64,000 nt of DNA from Lama glama (lineage: Eukaryota): the NCBI GenBank assembly GCA_028534125.1, contig CM052817.1:85004001-85068000 (forward strand), given 5' to 3'. The position numbers and the translations under genes are program-made. This document shows, one piece after another, positions 11,486-23,215 of the stretch (position 1 is its first letter; every line of letters starts with the position of its first letter). The notes beneath the pieces were generated by a model. It saw only the letters and a list, made by a program, of their open reading frames with translations. It was not told the origin of the DNA and ran no database searches.

Positions 11486-14359
11486 TTTGGTTTTATTTTG
11501 ATTATGAGAGAGAAGATCAATTATTTTTCTATCTGCTTTTATTAATTTGCTCTTTACTCAGATTGTATGCAAACACATTCTAATATACCTATCTCTTGTT
11601 TAAAAAAATATTTATTCAAACCCTTCAACATTATTTTAACACAGCTTTTATAGAATTCAAGACTAATAATCAGTATGATAAGGGCATCTTATTGGCTGAA
11701 TGAATAATTTTGTTGTTTCTTTTTATAAGTGAATTCACAGGTTATGTATTTCACATTTATTAGAAGGCAAAAAAGATAAGTTGTATATATAAACAGCTTA
11801 ACATGAGATACAAATGGAAGGACAGTAACAAGAAGAGACACACATCTTAATACCTTTTTTGAAGTATTTATGTTATTTCTGTATTTCAGAGATTCCTGAA
11901 ACAGAATTACTCAGATAGCAATATTATATCAACAATAATTATATCAACAAATTACTGAGATATGAAGTATTTTGTACAAATTCTGCACCCAAAAATAATG
12001 ATCCCTTTACAGCAGGTTTCCCCATAGTGAGATTATCATTACAAATTCAGTTGCCTATGTTCAAAGTAGATTTGGCCAATCATTGCCATTCAACACCTTT
12101 GAAAGGGATTTTTAAAAAATTATTTATGATTTTAAATCTTAGGTTTGCATTTCAACACTCAAACATTACCTGTGGAAATGAAAATGGACACATAGTATTT
12201 AACCACCTTAAAATGCTTATTAAAAGAAATGGAATATACTCTCTGAAAACTAACAACCCTATATTTGCAACAAAGAGGAAAGTCATTTTTAAAAAATCCA
12301 TCCTCTTTGAACAGCGTAAATTGGAATAGACCAAAATATCTTCTCTACCTAGAATCTGATCTGAGTAGCAGAAAGAGTTTATAGATTTTTAACTGCTAAT
12401 CTCCAAAGAAGACAAGAAAATGTTAGGTGATGATGTGGTTACAAATTCTACTCCTCTGAGAGCCTATAAATGTTTCAGGAATTAAAAGAAAAACAATCCA
12501 CCTCTAACTTCAATAGCATAGTATTTTTATAGCCAATCCTTGCACAATATTAAATTAAAAACAGAAATCCAGAGTGTGTTGGAGACACAAAGGACATATA
12601 AATACATATAGCTTCTATGAAACAAAAAAGTCCTGTGGCATTTTAAAGTCAAACTTTATGTCTGTGGTTTAGAAATGAAGGAATGTAAATACTCTGTGTT
12701 CTAATTTGCATCCATTTGGAAATCAGAAATGGAGCTTCATAAATTTCATATTAAATGATACATAAATATCATAGGATAGAGGACACATTTTCAATGCAGT
12801 GTTATGCTCCAAAAGTGAAATTCACTGAAGCTAGTAAAATGAATAGAGTTAATGCCCCAGGTATTAAACTCGAAATATAAGCTATATGTTTTTAAAGTAG
12901 ACTCTAAATAGCTCATGATATTTTCTGCAGAGTATGTAAGCAAATTTCTAAATTTGGCAGTAGTTTTATGTTCACTTAGTTTTCTTATGAGTTTTACCGA
13001 CTCCAGAGTTAAGGAAGCTAATGCATTTCCCTAGAAATTTAACATGTCAGTCATCTTCTGAGAATGACTGCTTCTTGGAGAATATCAGCCACATCGCCAT
13101 TTCTTCACACTTCGGCATCCTTTCCCCCTTCTTCAGCCACTAGAGTTATATCAGAGATTTGATTAATAACCAGATGAGTTGCTGCTGGGTGCTACATGGT
13201 ACAGCAGGAGATAGAGTTGCATTTATCTGTTAACACTACTGGTCTAATATCTCCCCATCCATGATGCCTGGTAAAATGACTTCACAGTTGTACTCAGTTC
13301 TGGGACACAAAACAGAGGCCACCTGAAACATGGATGGTGTGGACCACCTCTCCTCTGCTCCTGGGGAGCTCTGATTCCAGAATTCATGTCACCTCATAGT
13401 ATTACACAATCTGGATTTATTAAACAGAAAGTATTAACCCAGGATAGAGACTTCAAATTTATTGTTACATGTAGAGTTGTCTTACCACTTTCACATGATC
13501 TTATTTTCTACTCTTGCTCCCTCCTTTCTTTTATCTCTGCCATTCTCCTTACGGGCTCTTCATTGTCTATTGTCTTTCCTCATAATGACTTTCTTCAGAG
13601 TGCAGATCCAAGAGGAAGGCCACTGCTATCTTGGGGAACAAGTGGTACCTAGTTTCTCCTGTAACAATGCCCTTCCAAATCCTCATCACACCCGCTTCTT
13701 GGCTGCATTAGCATTAGTTAGAAGAGTACCTTTGAGATTCACTATAACGCTATCCTCAGGGCCCTTTATCCTCTGTCTTAAGGTGAAGCTATTTCATAAA
13801 GAAATCCTTTCAGTTCTTCAGTCACAAAATCATCTTCTAAATGGGGTTCAGACCTTTTTGATTTTAATTCAATTCTATAATAAAGAAAGTTACTTTCATT
13901 TTTAAAAAGTGTGGAGAGTAAATCCCAATGGGGAAAAAAAAATCCTCTCATTTGGTTTAAGACAGATGAATAATAAAGAGAGAAGAAGATAACCGGATTG
14001 TTAAAATTTGACTGCAAGGAGAAGATAATTTCAACTCGAGAGCTGTCAGCACAGAGCAGAGGAAGGATGATAAAACAGGATCAGAGATACTCCAGGCAAA
14101 TGAGAGTTTTGAATGAGCATCTAATAATACTGAACAACCTGTGGACATTTTGAGAACATTAAAAAGGCAGTATCTAAAACCGTCTTTCTTATACTTTGTG
14201 TTCTATAGAATTTGAATGTATTACTAAATCCCGGTAATTTATACGGATGTTCAAATATTCTTCACATATCACTAAAATAATGCAAAAAATTGAAGTAGCC
14301 CAAATGACAGGTAAGAGACCCACACAAACAAAGAACTGTTTTTATGTTATATTAAAATT

Positions 14360-14388
14360 TATATATATATGTATATATATATATATAT
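14360..14388. repeat. (TA)n microsatellite
   Basis: tatatatatatgtatatatatatatatat, read directly. Confidence 0.9.
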
Positions 14389-14399
14389 AAACAAGTAAG

Positions 14400-15270
14400 T
14401 TTACATGTAAATGCTATCATGTCATACATAATTTTTAGGTAAGTGTTTGTTTTTATTTTCCCTTTTCAATCATTTCCTCTCTGTTTCTTTCTTACATCTC
14501 TCCTAACATATTATCTCCCCACAACCATGTCAGCCACCTATTACATATTGTACAATGTGACATACTTGTAATCCCGTAGTTTTTCTTGTAAGATTTTTAT
14601 TGTTTGCTTTTTACTTTTAAGCTAAAATACATCCATAATTTTTCTTTATTTGTGGCCTAAGAGAAGGACCCAGTTGTATTTTCCTCCAGAGAAATAGAAC
14701 TGATGCCAGCTCAGTTATCTAACCTATTCACCGTTCTCTTTTTCACAATGAACAGAATGGCCACCTTGGGCAAATACTCAATTATTATGTAAACTGGGAT
14801 CTAGTTCTACACTATCTTATTGTTCCAGTGACCTCCAACATCACACTGAAGTGATTATAATGGTGCCTTAGTTTTTTATTTCAGATTACCACTAACTTGG
14901 TGAATTAAACAATACGAAGATATTAGCTTACATTTCTGGAGGGCAAAATTCTAACATGGATCTCCCTGAGGAGGTCCTTAACTTTAATTGTACCTGCAAA
15001 ATCCCTTTTACCATGTAATGCAACATACTCAGTGATTCTGTAGCTTAGGGTGTGGACATCTTTGGGGGCTATTATTCTGCCCGAGTACAAATTACTTTGT
15101 TTTAATTTCTGATATCTGATTAAGCTAGTTTCGGACCTGCCACATCAGTGTTCTTTTTCATGCTTTACTTACTATTGCTCAGAACTTGTTCTTAATTTAT
15201 GCTTTAAGAATGTTTAACAAATCTAAAAAAAATTATAGTTTTAGAATTGCATTAACTGTTGGAAACTTAT
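14400..15270 (-). mobile_element. Old L1 (L1ME/L1M5-like) fragments interrupted by an MLT1 LTR
   Basis: Antisense L1 text (tgccagctcagttatctaacc..., tatgtaaactgggatctagttctacactatcttattgttccagtg; after the LTR, tctgatatctgattaagctagt, ttagaattgcattaa). Confidence 0.55.
14862..15089 (-). mobile_element. MLT1 (MaLR) LTR, internally deleted
   Basis: ttaccactaacttggtgaattaaacaa...tctggagggcaaaattct...cttttaccatgtaatgcaacatactcag...gtggacatctttgggggctattattctgcc..taca. Confidence 0.8.
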
Positions 15271-15850
15271 CTGCACGTTTCCCAAATATTATGGACAACA
15301 TAAAATGCCATGTATATGCATTTTTGGTTCTGGGAATGATAGGCAGAGGAGCTTCTTTGCACTTTACTATGACTCCAGATCAATTGGGAAATAATAAATA
15401 AAACAGGAAAAATGTGGCTGTAACTGTAATCTTAAATTTTCATTAAAAGGTGGAATAATTCTTTTCATAAATCCTCAAGGTCCTTACTCCATTATTTCTG
15501 GGGTAAAAGTAGAGAATGGGACTGTCACATAAAGCACTCTATAGCCATACATACTCGTTTCCAAATGAAATGAGCCATGCTTGATTTTTTCTGACAGCTA
15601 CCGTGTGTGTGTGTGTAAAGAATTAGACTATATTTGGCTGTCACTCAAAATTCTGTCCAACTATGAAAAGTACATTTGTTTATGGATTGAAAAAGTTGAA
15701 AGAGGACAATATTTTTGCTAAGATTGTAACAGAAAAAAACTAGTCCTCTTAATAGGATAGTACTGTTTGTACACACACACACACAAATGTACATATTGGA
15801 GCCACATCTTTCACAATTCAACTCGACAAGAACCCAGAGCTTGGTTAGGG

Positions 15851-16380
15851 TGTATTAGTTACTTCGTTTGTGTTGCTGCAGATCCCCTGGCCTCATCTGT
15901 CTCTTATTTCAGGCACCACTGCAGTGACTAGTTCTGTGTAATAAGCTCTGACAGCTTGTTGAAGACTTAACCTAGTTTTAGGCTTGTGCCTCTCAGTGAC
16001 ATTTGTGCAAACTCCAGATTCAGGGGCATTAGCACTTTGTGGGATGAGTCATTGACTAATGGGGAAAGGAAGCTGATGGATAAATGTTTCTTCTTTCTAC
16101 CCTCAAAGGAGTGGTACACTTGCCTAAGGGGAGTAATCCTCCTTGATGATAGTCCTCCAGGCCCACTTCCTGGTTGCTTTGAATGCTTTCATCTGCTTTT
16201 GCAACTGACAGATCTTTCTGGGTAGAATTTTCTGATTTTACTATGGCATTGTTGCCTCAGTATAATTTGGTATGCATTTTTCAACTTGCCTTAATCAAAA
16301 TCACTTCGAGTGATATCTTCTATTCAAGCAGTGTGAGGCCCCCAACTCTTAACATTTTTTCCAGAACTTACTACCTAAGG
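15851..16380 (+). mobile_element. LTR16-like ERVL solo LTR
   Basis: tgactaatggggaaaggaagctgatggataaatgtttcttctttct resembles the LTR16 core. Confidence 0.55.
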
Positions 16381-17449
16381 GAAGAGTCTCTTGAGGGTCT
16401 GCACACCCTCTGCAAAATATTCACCAAAATGTCCATAAGGCAAAATACGTACAGAAAGCTGACTTAAAGATTCAATGGAAATGCTTACAAAGTTCACAGG
16501 AAAAGAGTTTTACATTTCTGAATCTTTCTTAATCAAAATCCAGAGTGTTTATTAACTCTAAACTAAGCTTGCAAGATATTTACTCTAAAACTGATATGTA
16601 AAACGTTAACCAGCTCTTGTTCTTCTTAAGTGTTATTTTCTCTCATTTAAAACTTCTGATGTCAAAAGAAGACTTCCAGAGTCTAATCATTATTTGTCTC
16701 CTGGTAGACTTCACCAGGAAGTCTTTAGGTGGCTCTTCCCTTAGGACATAATCAGGTCATTGAGTGCATTACCCATTAGTGCTTTAAACAGCCTCCTCTG
16801 AGCCAAAAGCATGACTGTGCCTCCCACAGCACTTATCTGAGAGTATCTCAGTACTCACTATTCCTGAAATGCTGAGCAAATGTGTATTTAACATGTACTC
16901 CACTTTTTGAATCTGAAAAAAAAATTGAATATCTACAATCATTTTATTAATTATAGTATTTGTAAATAGTTCAGATTCCAAAGTGAGTTTGTATAACTAT
17001 TTGTCATCACTGTCTGAAAACTATTGCTGCTGCGTATTCACAAAAAGGCATTTTATAGGCACTAATAGGGTTTCAGAGATTTGGTTAGACATGCCCTCAA
17101 GGAGCTCATAGTCTCATGAAGGAGTTTACAGTCTATGAAATTGCCTTTTGCAATTGCCTGGAAACACCAGGTACTTTGATTTCTAATCCCTCCATTTAAT
17201 TTAGTCTTAAAAGACATGAGAAAGAAGAAAATAAGATATTTTAGAATATTTGGAAATTTAGAAACTGTGGCTCATAAAAAGTAAGTCATTTGAAGTTGTT
17301 GTTTAGATTAAATGTCTACTAATTCCAAGCAGATTTTGGAGAATTCACATTGCTTCTACACTACTTATTTTTGGTGAGTAAAATTTCACAAACATCAGCC
17401 TACAAATAAAAATTAATTCCTTGGATTAACAGGGTTTCTACACGTGCAT

Positions 17450-17960
17450 CTGTTTGTTTGCTTATTTAGCAAATAGTTAATGAGTGTTTGCTATGGACCA
17501 GATATTGTGTAAAATGCCAAGGATTCAAGAGTGAACAAGACAGAAAGGATCCGTTTTCATGGAATTTGGTAGAATATTTCAGTAAATGAGTAAACAAATA
17601 TGAAAGGAAATTTTAAATTGTGTAAAGCAAATAAAAAGGTGATGCATTAAGAAATCCATGTGGCTCTATTTTAGACAAGGTGTTTGGGGGAAGTTCTCTA
17701 AGGAGATGACACTTAAGCTAAACAGGATAGGTAAATCAAAATGAGACAGGCAAAATTCTGGGGAAAACATTTCAAAAGAGGCAGAGGAACACCAAGTGAC
17801 TTGCAGGACCTCTCCCAGCTGTGGTACAGGGGATGGAGTAAGTGTTAGGAAAGCTCGGAGTTGGAAGCAGAGGCCACATCTTGCAGGGCCTGAAGGCCAT
17901 GATGAGCCATTTTATTCTAAATGCAATGGGAATCCAATGAAGAATTTTGAGCATAATTTA
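17450..17960 (-). mobile_element. L2 fragment
   Basis: atttagcaaatagttaatgagtgtttgctatggaccaga...gagtgaacaagacag...tttattctaaatgcaatgggaatccaatgaagaattttgagca. Confidence 0.75.
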
Positions 17961-18049
17961 GATTAATAGAGGTAAGACAGCCAGTTATATCATTTTCTAA
18001 AAGAGCATTGAAATACACAGAGCTTCAGCTCAGTGTACATACCTCTTTT

Positions 18050-19050
18050 GAAAATATGATAGAACAACTATAGATTTTGAGAAGTTGATGTGATGGATTA
18101 ATACTTGACAAACAGCAGAAAGATCAGTGGGTAATGAAACCAGGTGGGATCACATGACTCTAGGTCTGGGGACATGAATGCAACCTGGAGAAAAGGAAAG
18201 TTCTAAAGAAATACTAAAGAGGATGCTGTGTTGCTCAAACTCCCTCCTGGAAAAAAGGAGCATCTGGTGGAATTTAGTTTAGAAGAGATAAATATTAAAA
18301 AATCTGTCTGAGATGATGAAAATTGTTGGAGAAAATAGAATCAATGAGAAGGATACTTTTTTCCAAAGAATAGTTACAGAACGTAAAGAAGAAAGATGAC
18401 TATATGGAACCTATCCTCACATAACTTGAGAAGCCTTACATTATAATAGCTCTTTTAATCAAATTGTGTGGAATAATTGAAAATGTAATGTGAAGAAAGG
18501 TAGGGGGAGTTCATGCTACATTCCCAAGTTTACAGTCTAGAACTCAGAGAGTAGAATTGCATGAACCAGGGAAATTTCTGTTTGAAGATACTTTGGAAGT
18601 GTTCATCATGGGTACAATGGCCTGAAAAAGAGAGTTGATCCTCACAATCCATCAAAATCAAAATTCATCAAAATCATTAACAGTCTTTTCTAACTAACGA
18701 CCAAACAAGTGGAGGAAAGAAGGCCAATCACTGGGAAGAAACCTCAGGTGCACTGGGTGAAGGCCTGGAGAGATAATGAAGAAAACTGTAGAGAAAAAAA
18801 TCAAGAGAAAGGTAGTTTCAAGATAGTAAAATGGAAAATTAATGCAGAGAAACAAACACATCCCAAATGTAGGAAGATCTATGCAAGTGATTATGCAAAT
18901 GAAGAGAAAGGGGTTAAGGGTTGAGGTTTCTTACAAGTAAAAATGCCCAAAGGCGTTATCTCATGTCAGTCTGAGGTTCATTACCAGAAAATGATTAGAA
19001 TCAATGCTACAAAGTCAAGAGGTACCTTAATGGAGAATTTGGCTTATGAA
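18050..19050 (+). mobile_element. Possible ancient RTE-X (L4-like) LINE ORF2 fossil
   Basis: Decayed motifs occur in RT order: RGCCVAQT (18218, cf. QGCxLSP), ILFSKE (18353, cf. LLFADD), RYFGS (18586, cf. YLGS). Purine-rich, many stops. Confidence 0.35.
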
Positions 19051-20092
19051 AAACAATAACAGAATTAATGAAGGAGCTTTAACCTTTAAGTTCAATACAT
19101 ATTTAATTCTGTTTGTCTGGGCGAAACTTAAATATAAGGAAAGTAATTTATTGTTAAAGCCATGTAAAGTGCAGTGATTATTATGCTAATAAGACTGGAT
19201 AAGTAAAATCTCTTGCTTTGTAAATGTCATAGATTAAAAATGGATCCTGCTAATAATTAAAGCAATGACAATTTTATGATTTTAACACAGATCATTTTAC
19301 TCCAGCTTTAATTGTCTTTTCTAATTTAACAATTTTATTTTAATTATGGGGAGTCATATATAATTATTTTGAACTTAGCAACATTATTCAGGAGTACCAC
19401 AGTTTAAAGCCTTATGCTGGATATTTAAAAGACATGGATCTTTTCACAATTCTGGTTGAAGATTTTTCTAAAGGAATGGACAGCTTAAAATTATGTAAGA
19501 GGACTTTTATTAGAGGACAATTTGCTTTAACAGTTGCTGCTTTTTGGTTTTCTGTCTTGAAGGCTGTTCATGCCTAAGTGGCTCTCGTACTTTGAATCAA
19601 TTATCTCTGGTATTTGCAATTAGCATACTGGTCACTTTGTAGCTGCTCTCAAGTCTGAAATGTTCAGATTAGATAAAAGAAATTAACTCATTTGTGACCT
19701 TTAATATGAATATTATGTATTTCCAAGATTTCATAGATTATCTTTGAAAATAGTTCAATTTTGTAAGTGAACCAGATGAAGAAAGATTGTGTGTGTGATG
19801 TTTTAGGGAAGATGAATATTTTACAATAGATTAAAAAATCTTTCTAATTCTACTACCTAAATATTTCAGAAATTATTTTCCCCTTTTTATCCTCACCGCC
19901 TTCAGCTATATTACAACTATCCTAATTTAGGCACAAGTCTAACCTTCTGCATTCAGTTTCTCTCCTCCATTTTTGCCTGAGTATTACTTACTTGTCCTTC
20001 AATACCCATTACGGTATAACTTCTTAAAGTATTACTTCCTAAATTCTCTTCTCATTTTTGTGTATTCCCACTAACAAAATCCTAGTTTGATT

Positions 20093-20500
20093 CTGTTATC
20101 TAGCCTTCAGGGAAGGTTAAGATTGGCCTAAACTTAAGATAAAGTTAGATTGGCCAAACTTTGTCAGTGATTAAGGAGAAATGTAATAACATTTAATTGT
20201 AGCCAATGAGACATAAAACATCTGCTGGAGACTTTCTAGGGAAGGTTTATTTGGAGAGAGAGAGAGAAAAAACAATGAATGAATGAATGAATGAATGAAT
20301 GAAAATGAATAGAAAAGAACAGCTCTTCTTTGAACGCCAGACTTGTGTGTCTAGGTGTGATAACTGAATCTGCTGCAGGATGAAACCAACTTAGAAAAAG
20401 AAATTGCTAAAAGAATCATAAAGAAGCTGAGCTGGAGTTTTAGTTTTCAGAGCCTAGAGCCTACCCTACTGATAAGCTTCTTGACATTTTTGTATGTTAT
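20093..20500 (+). mobile_element. Old MLT1 (J/K/L-like) LTR containing a (GAAT)n run at ~20275-20310
   Basis: gtagccaatgagacataaaacatctgctggagactttctagggaagg, typical of old MLT1. Confidence 0.55.
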
Positions 20501-20509
20501 GTTATTTAT

Positions 20510-20960
20510 TTAAAATATGTCAGGCTTGTTTGTTTCTGTTTGTATTCATTTTTATAGATTTCCCCATCCTGTTGATTTGAGTTTTTTAAAGTACGCAAAA
20601 TATCAACACATGTCCAAAAGTCAGAACTACAAAAAGATATAGTCAGGAACATGTCACTCTCTCCTAACCCCCTGCCCCTTTCTCACCCACCTCCTCATGG
20701 AACTAATTTCATTAGTTTCTGGTTTATTCTTCCTGTGTTTGTTTTGCAGAAATTAGAAGATTCAAGTAAATTTTATTTCCCTTCTTTCTTATACAAAATA
20801 TAGCAAGCATATTATATGTACTTTTTGTACTTTGCTTTTTCTGGTTAACATTATGTCTTCCTAATCACTCCAATTTGGTTTATAGAAAATTTCCTTATTT
20901 GTTTCTTTATACCTGTATAGTATTCCATTGTATGGATATTCCACAGTTAGCCTATGAATC
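20510..20960 (-). mobile_element. Old L1 (L1ME/L1MC) 3' end fragment
   Basis: tttgtactttgctttttctggttaacattatgtctt...tgtatagtattccattgtatggatattccacagttag. Confidence 0.65.
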
Positions 20961-21315
20961 TCCTTATCTTCTTGTCATTTGACATAATTAATCTCCTTTA
21001 TATTTAAGCTATCTGAGTTATTTAAATTACATCCAACTGCTATACATAGAGCTGACTACATCTGAAATAGGTAAAATTACTGATGATGGAAACTTGGGAC
21101 ATGGAATATGTTTCTCTTTCTTTAAAACATTGTCCATACTTCCCACAAAGGGTAGCTTAAGATGAAGAGAAGATATCATAAACTACCAGATTTTATATAA
21201 ATCTAGCCAGATATGAGAAGAAAGCAAAAGTCCCGGTTTTGAGTAACTAAAAGAAATGATATGGCTTCATCTTGTTATTTCCTGATTTCTTCAACATATG
21301 ATTTGGAAAAATAAG

Positions 21316-22130
21316 TATATTAGTTTTCTATGACTGGTAACACATTACAGCACATTTAGTGGCTTAAAACAATACACATTCATTATCTCATAGTTTCTGT
21401 GGCCAAGATTTTGGTCATGGCTTACCTGGTCCTCTGATCAGGGTCTCACAGGGCTACAATAAGGTGTTGGCCAGGGCTGCATTCTCACATGGAGTCTCCT
21501 TGGGGAGAATTCATTTCCAAGTTCGTTCAGAATGTTAGCATTACAATAAGAGAAATAAGCCAGAGAAAGAAAGACAAATACTGTGTGGTATCCCTTATAT
21601 GTGGACTCTAAGAAGAGAAGAATATCAAACTCATAGAAATAGAGAGTAGAAAGTGGTTACCAGGGGTAGGGGAGGCAGGTGTTAGAAATAGGGAGAGACT
21701 GGTAAGAGGGTACAAACTTTCAGCTACAAGATGAGCAAGGTCTGAGGATTCAGTATATAACATGGTGACTACAGTTGACAGCACTGTATTATATAATTGA
21801 AATTTGCTAGAGAATAGGACTTAAATGTTTTCATATACACAAAAATGTAGATATGTGAAATGGTGGATGTGATAACTAGATGGGGAAAATCTTTTCAAAA
21901 TGTATACATATATCAAACCATCATGATACACGCTTTAAATATCTTTCAGTTTTATTGGCCAATTATACCTCAATAAAGCTGAAAAATATCATAACCTAAT
22001 TATGAGACTTTTGTCATATTCTGTTAGAATCAGATTACTGGTCGCACTCACTCTCAAGAGGAGGGAAATATTCACTGTGTAACACTAAAGAATGGAGATC
22101 ATGCAGGCCATCTTAGAACTCTATTATAGT
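21316..22130 (-). mobile_element. MLT1 (D/E-like) LTR split by an L1 insertion
   Basis: ttagtggcttaaaacaatacacattcattatctcatagtttctgtgg...cagggtctcacagggctacaat (21316-21538). The LTR resumes at ~21988-22130 (tttgtcatattctgttaga...caggccatcttagaactct). Confidence 0.8.
21540..21986 (+). mobile_element. L1MA9-like 3' end
   Basis: gaaataagccagagaaagaaagacaaatactgtgtggtatcccttatatgtgga...gggtacaaactttcagctacaagatgag...caattatacctcaataaagctgaaaaa. Confidence 0.85.
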
Positions 22131-22959
22131 GAAATAATTCTAAGGATTAGTAAACATTATTTGTACCACTGGCTAGAAGCAAATTGGATGTCACAATGAC
22201 ATTGGGAACTAGATTAAAGTAATGGAGAGACAACTGCTTTATGTGACTATTCCTTACAAACGTTGCACAAATTTATTGATAAAAGTTATAAGAATATATA
22301 ATAAAAAAAACTTTGCCTTTAAGCAAAAGTTGGATGTGATTATGTTGAATATTTTCAATGATGCTTGTATTTTATAAATATGTATTTATATCTATAAAAA
22401 CACAATGAGAGTTCCTGAAAGATTAACCCTGCTGTTGTGCTGACCTGATTCTATCTCATTTAGCCTCTTTCCCCTACTGAAACAATTATTTTATAACTTG
22501 ATATTCAATGAGGAAATTTCTTTAGATTGAGATTCTGACATTATAGCAGAGAGAATATTTTGAAATGATTGAGATTAATGAGACAAAATACAAAGGTAAC
22601 CCTTGGTGGGCCCAACACAACATTATGTTTGTAACATTTAGGGACTGGGTTAGTATATTTAAATGGCAGCAAGAACCTACAGAAGTAGTTTCTGCTTCTG
22701 CTTTCTGCTAGACATCCTACCTAGTGATAAGCTCACTTAAACTGAAAGAGTTTAACAGTGAACTCTTCTGTGTGTCTTCTATTTAAGGAGAACCAGAGTG
22801 AACTCAGATATGCAGAATATGACCTTTCCTCAAGTATGAACCAGCTTTATATTTACATAATGACTTAAATGATTAAATGATTTTCTGAGGAAATATGCTT
22901 ATCCCAGTGCTGGTAAAAAAAAAATAATAAAAACAAAAAACAGCAACATCAACAAAAGC

Positions 22960-23215
22960 CAGGTAATGCTTCTTAAGTCTGATTTTGTGCCAGAAACTCT
23001 GGGTTCTAACAAGAAAGCCATGTACGATATTCCATTTAGTCCTTACACTAACCTTATAGGGTAGATTCTGTTACTATCTTCAATATCTGGATGAAGAAAC
23101 AGAAAGAAATAGGAGTTAGATAGCCTACCTAAGGATGCATAGATATTATCATATTCCAAACTAACCTGGGCAGTCTGACTCCAAAGCTCACCAGCTGAAC
23201 TGTGCTATTATTGTT
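22960..23215 (-). mobile_element. MIR SINE
   Basis: ttccatttagtccttacactaacc...tggatgaagaaacagaa...ctaacctgggcagtctgactccaaagctc. Confidence 0.75.

Noticed and set aside
11921..11955. Short two-copy tandem duplications (also ~20115-20160, 33255-33295, 40955-41000, 55335-55365)
   Set aside because: Ordinary replication-slippage duplications with no shared motif among them.
13386..13905. 147-aa and 88-aa ORFs, with a faint CR1/L3-like signal on the minus strand
   Set aside because: No recognisable domain, Leu/Phe/Ser-rich composition typical of chance ORFs, and the repeat similarity is too weak to call.
14425..14445. AG-GTAAGT recursive-splice-like motif on the plus strand (also 43475-43490)
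   Set aside because: The first lies inside an old L1 fragment, the pyrimidine tracts are weak, and there is no evidence for a plus-strand transcript.
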